Below, piece after piece: positions 59,639-64,000 of a DNA stretch of 64,000 nt. The notes beneath the pieces are model-generated. The model was not told where the DNA came from and searched no databases. It was given only the letters and a program-made list of their open reading frames with translations. Where the stretch lies: the NCBI GenBank assembly GCA_964016885.1, contig OZ024742.1, positions 312,108,001 through 312,172,000 on the forward strand, read 5' to 3'. Each line of letters starts with the position of its first letter. Position 1 is the first letter of the stretch. Both the position numbers and the translations under genes were made by a program. The stretch comes from Eledone cirrhosa (Eukaryota).

Positions 59639-60533
59639 TCTATATATATAAAACTGAGGATGTCTGTCTGAGTGTGTGTGAGTTTGAATCCCTAAAACTC
59701 GAGAAACACCCAACCGACTGTTTTCAAACTTTACACATGTAATACTTATGTTTCAGGGAGTGTTCTGAGCAAAAGAAATTTCAAATATTCAATGCCCTAG
59801 GGAGCGCATTAGGCGATTTATCGATCTCTCTATAATTCTTAGTCTTTCTCTTTTTAGATAGATATATACATATAATGTCACGCCCTTATAATATCTGTCT
59901 GTATGTCTGCATTACATCACTTCCCTGAGGATGTCTGTTTGTGTGTGTTTGTCTGTGAGTTTGAATCCCTAAAACTCAAGAAGTACCCAACCGATTTTTT
60001 CAAACTTTACATGTGTATTACTTATGTTTCAGGGAGTGTTATGCACATAAAAAAATTCAACTTTTTGAACCCCAAGCTGAAAAACTGCATTTTTTCAGGT
60101 TTTTAGGGGTTTTTTGAGTCATTACGTCAGACTGATTTCCTTGAAAATGTATTAGTCAGTCTTTTCTTCATACCGTGAGCAAAGAAAATCCAACTTTTTT
60201 ATGGCCTAGGGCCCGCATTAAGTGAAAAACTTCATTTTTTCAGCTTTTTAGGGCTTTTTTGAGGTGTTACGCCTATCCGATTTTCCCGAAATTTCAAGGC
60301 ATATTATGCACATAAAAAAATTCATTTTCTTGATCCCCTAGGGCTCGCATTAGGTGAAAACCTGCATTTTTCCTGCTTCATAGAGAAAAATTTTAAAGAT
60401 TATTCAACCATCAGAGTATTCGGTTTATTTTCTTTACATAAGGTCCACACATGCAGTTTTTCCACGATTAGGTCTGTTAGCGGCCTGCGTTCCAAAATAC
60501 CTTATCCTGTGCAACGCCGGGTACCACTGCTAG
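59639..60533 (+). mobile_element. non-autonomous Helitron
   Basis: TCTATATATATAAAACTGAG start, subterminal hairpin CCTGTGCAACGCCGGG, CTAG|T end, internal repeats. Confidence 0.85.
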
Positions 60534-60578
60534 TATATAATATATATATATATGTATTATATATAATATATATAATAT

Positions 60579-60903
60579 GGAGGCACATGGCTTAGTGGTT
60601 AGAGCATTGGCCTTGCAATTGAAAGGTTGTGAGTTCAATTCTCAGACCAGGTGATGTGTTGTTTCCTTGAGCAAGACACTTTATTTCACATTGCTCCAGT
60701 TTACTCAGCTGTAGACTGGGGTCCATATCATTCCACTGCAAAGTGGTCGTGCAGGTGCCATGGCAAAAAAGCACCCAGCACTCACTGTAAATGAGGTTGG
60801 TGTTAGGAAGGGCATCCAGCTGTAGAAATCAAGCCAGAATCAGTTCCCGTCCCACCCTTGCAAGCAGGGAAAATCGGACGTAAAATGAAATGATGATGAT
60901 GAT
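60579..60903 (+). mobile_element. SINE-1 copy
   Basis: Near-identical to 9053-9395 with a small deletion. Confidence 0.9.
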
Positions 60904-61467
60904 ATATATAATATATATATGTATATATAATATATATATATATATAATATATATATATTTAATATATATAATATATATAATATATATATTATATAATATA
61001 TATAATATATATAATATATATATTATATAATATATATAATATATATATAAGATATATAATATATATATTATATATATAATATATAATATATATACAATAT
61101 ATATGTATAATATATATATATGTATAACCCATGTTAGCGTGGAAAATGGACGTTAAACGAAGATGAGATGATGATGATATATAATATATATATATATATG
61201 TATATATATTTATAATATATATACATATAATATATGTATGTATATATAATATATATATTTATATAATTTATATATATATCCCATGCAAGTGTGGAATATG
61301 GACGTTAAACGATGATGATGATGATATGTATAATATATAATATTTGTATAATATATATATATATATGTATAATATATAATATATATATGTATATGTATAA
61401 ATATAATATATATATAATATATAATATATATATATATAATATATATATATATAATATATATGTACAA

Positions 61468-61738
61468 TCTATATATATAAAACTGAGGATGTCACTTTAT
61501 TTCATATTGCTCCAGTTTACTCAGCTGTAGAAATGAGATGATAGGGACTGGGGTCCCTATCATTCCACTGCCAAGTGGTCGTGGAGATGCCATGGCAAAA
61601 AAGCACCCAGTACTCACTGTAAATGAGGTTGGTGTTAGGAAGGGCATCCAGCTGTAGAAATCAAGCCAGAATCAGTTCCCGTCCCACCCTTGCAAGCAGG
61701 AAAAAGCGGACGTAAAATGAAATGATGATGACGATGAT
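61468..61738 (+). mobile_element. chimera: Helitron 5' end (26 nt) fused to a SINE-1 body and tail
   Basis: Junction TCTATATATATAAAACTGAGGATGTC|ACTTTATTTCATATTGCTCCAG. Confidence 0.8.
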
Positions 61739-61905
61739 ATTATATAATATATACAGGTGGTGCTATTAAGTTAGACATGGCCTGGGCCAATACTGGCCGA
61801 TACCTATCAAAGTTATATATAATATATAATATGTATATATGTATAATATATAAATATATAATATATAATATATATATATAATATATATGTATACTATATA
61901 ATATA

Positions 61906-62093
61906 TAATTGTTTCTACTTTTGGCACAAGGCCAGCAATTAAACCAGTGTATTACTGGTACTTTATTTTATCGAACAGGAAAGGATGAAAGGCAAAGTTA
62001 ACCTCGGCTGGATTTGACCACAAAGGGTCGTAACTCTTTGCTGCAAAGCAGCATGGCGTCAGTCCCTCTACCGATACTGCCAATCCACCGCCC
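61906..62093 (-). mobile_element. Meta-domain-like SINE
   Basis: Matches 57867-58056. Confidence 0.8.
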
Positions 62094-62187
62094 ATATGTA
62101 TAATATATAATATATATAATATATATTTATAATATATAATATATATAATATATATGTATAATATATAGATATATATATATATATATA

Positions 62188-62629
62188 CTAGCAGTGCTAC
62201 CCGGCATTGCATGGGATAAGGTATTTTGGAACGCGGGCTGCCAACAGACCTAATCGTGGAAAAACTGCATGCCTGGACAATTTGTAAAGAAAATAAACCG
62301 AATACTCTAATGGCTGGATAATCTTTAAGATTTTCCTCGATGAAGCAGGAAAAATGAATTTTTTTTATGTGCATAATATGGCTGGAAATTTCGGGAAAAT
62401 CGGCTAGATGTAACACCTCCAAAAAGCCCTGAAAAGTTTTTCACCTAATGCGGGCCCTAGGCCATAAAAAAGTTGGATTTTCTTTGATCACTATATGAAG
62501 AAGACACTGACTAATACATATTTAGAATTTCAAGGAAATTGGTCTGACGTAACACCTCAAAAACCCCTAAAAACCTGAAAAAAATGCAGTTTTTCACCTA
62601 ATGCTCTAACCACATTGCATGTGCCTCCA
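62188..62629 (-). mobile_element. chimera: SINE-1 head (~30 nt) fused to a Helitron 3' half
   Basis: Minus strand reads GGAGGCACATG..GTGGTTAGAGCATT|AGGTGAAAAACTGC...CCCATGCAATGCCGGGTAGCACTGCTAG and matches ~60078-60533. Confidence 0.8.
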
Positions 62630-62655
62630 TTATATATATATATAATATATATATG

Positions 62656-62701
<46 letters not shown>

Positions 62702-62711
62702 TGTATAATAT

Positions 62712-62745
<34 letters not shown>

Positions 62746-62762
62746 ATATATATGTATAATAT

Positions 62763-62794
<32 letters not shown>

Positions 62795-62811
62795 ATATAT
62801 ATGTATAATAT

Positions 62812-62843
<32 letters not shown>

Positions 62844-63334
62844 ATATATATGTATAATATATATATATATAATATATATATATATATAACATATATGTAT
62901 AATATATATATATATAATATATATATAATATATATGTATAATATATATATATATACAATATATATATATACAATATATATGTATAATATATATATATATA
63001 CAATATATATGTATACAATATATATGTATAATATATATATATATACAATATATATGTATACAATATATATGTATAATATATATACAATATATATGTATAC
63101 AATATATATATATACAATATATATGTATAATATATAGATATATACAATATATATGTATAATATATATATATATAATATATATATATATACAATATATATA
63201 TATAATATATATATATATACAATATATATGTATAATATATATATATATAATATATATATATATACAATATATATATATATATAATATATATATATATATA
63301 ATATATATATATATACAATATATATGTATAATAT

Positions 63335-63368
<34 letters not shown>

Positions 63369-64000
63369 CAATATATATGTATAATATATATATATATAAT
63401 ATATATATATATAATATATATATATATATATACAATATATATGTATAATATATATATATATAATATATATATATATAATCTATATATATATATATACAAT
63501 ATATATGTATAATATATATATATATAATATATATATATATGTATAATATATATATATATATAATATACATATATATATATACAATATATATGTATAATAT
63601 ATATATATATAATATATATATATATAATATATATATATAATATATATATATAATATATATATATATATATAATATATATATATATAATATATATATATAT
63701 ATATAATATATATATATATAATATATATATATATATATACAATATATATGTATAATATATATATATATAATATATATATATATAATATATATATATAATA
63801 TATATATATAATATATGTATAATATATATATATATAATATATATATATATAATATATATGTATAATATATATATATATAATATATATATATATAATATAT
63901 ATATATAATATATATATATAATATATATATATAATATATGTATAATATATATATAATATATATATATATAATATATATATATATAATATATATATATAAT

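Larger units (their letters stand above)
57586..64000. repeat. (TA)nA / TATGTATAA-type microsatellite domain hosting nested TE fragments
   Basis: Directly visible. The array is uninterrupted from 62630 to the window end. Confidence 0.95.

Noticed and set aside
61752-61812. Short unique island starting TACAGGTGGTGCTATTAAGT, like a mariner TIR
   Set aside because: No matching second TIR in the window and too short to classify.

Overview
This is AT-rich eukaryotic intronic or intergenic DNA. The SINE families, RTE LINEs and very long (TA)n arrays resemble an octopus or other cephalopod genome (inference). I found no host protein-coding exon that I can support. Most of the supplied ORFs are Y/I-rich artefacts of TA microsatellites or antisense shadows of transposons. 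Recognisable coding remnants are all transposon-derived: a CR1-type LINE ORF2 (10.0-12.7 kb) cut off by a Penelope-like GIY-YIG element, several RTE-clade LINE families, and a full-length DD37D (maT) Tc1/mariner element (48.1-49.4 kb). Non-coding elements include Helitrons (59.1-62.6 kb), piggyBac-like and pogo-like MITEs, tRNA-derived CORE-type and Meta-type SINEs, and a ~2.1 kb CCA-derived minisatellite. Young elements cluster inside three TA-array nests (about 8-23, 46-54 and 57-64 kb). The most interesting observations are: a mosaic SINE whose two LINE donors are both in the window; a circularly permuted Helitron-SINE block; an unclassified hairpin element inserted in TA arrays; region-specific TA-array interruption patterns with fold-back signatures; and a U3-A8 variant minimal hammerhead ribozyme.
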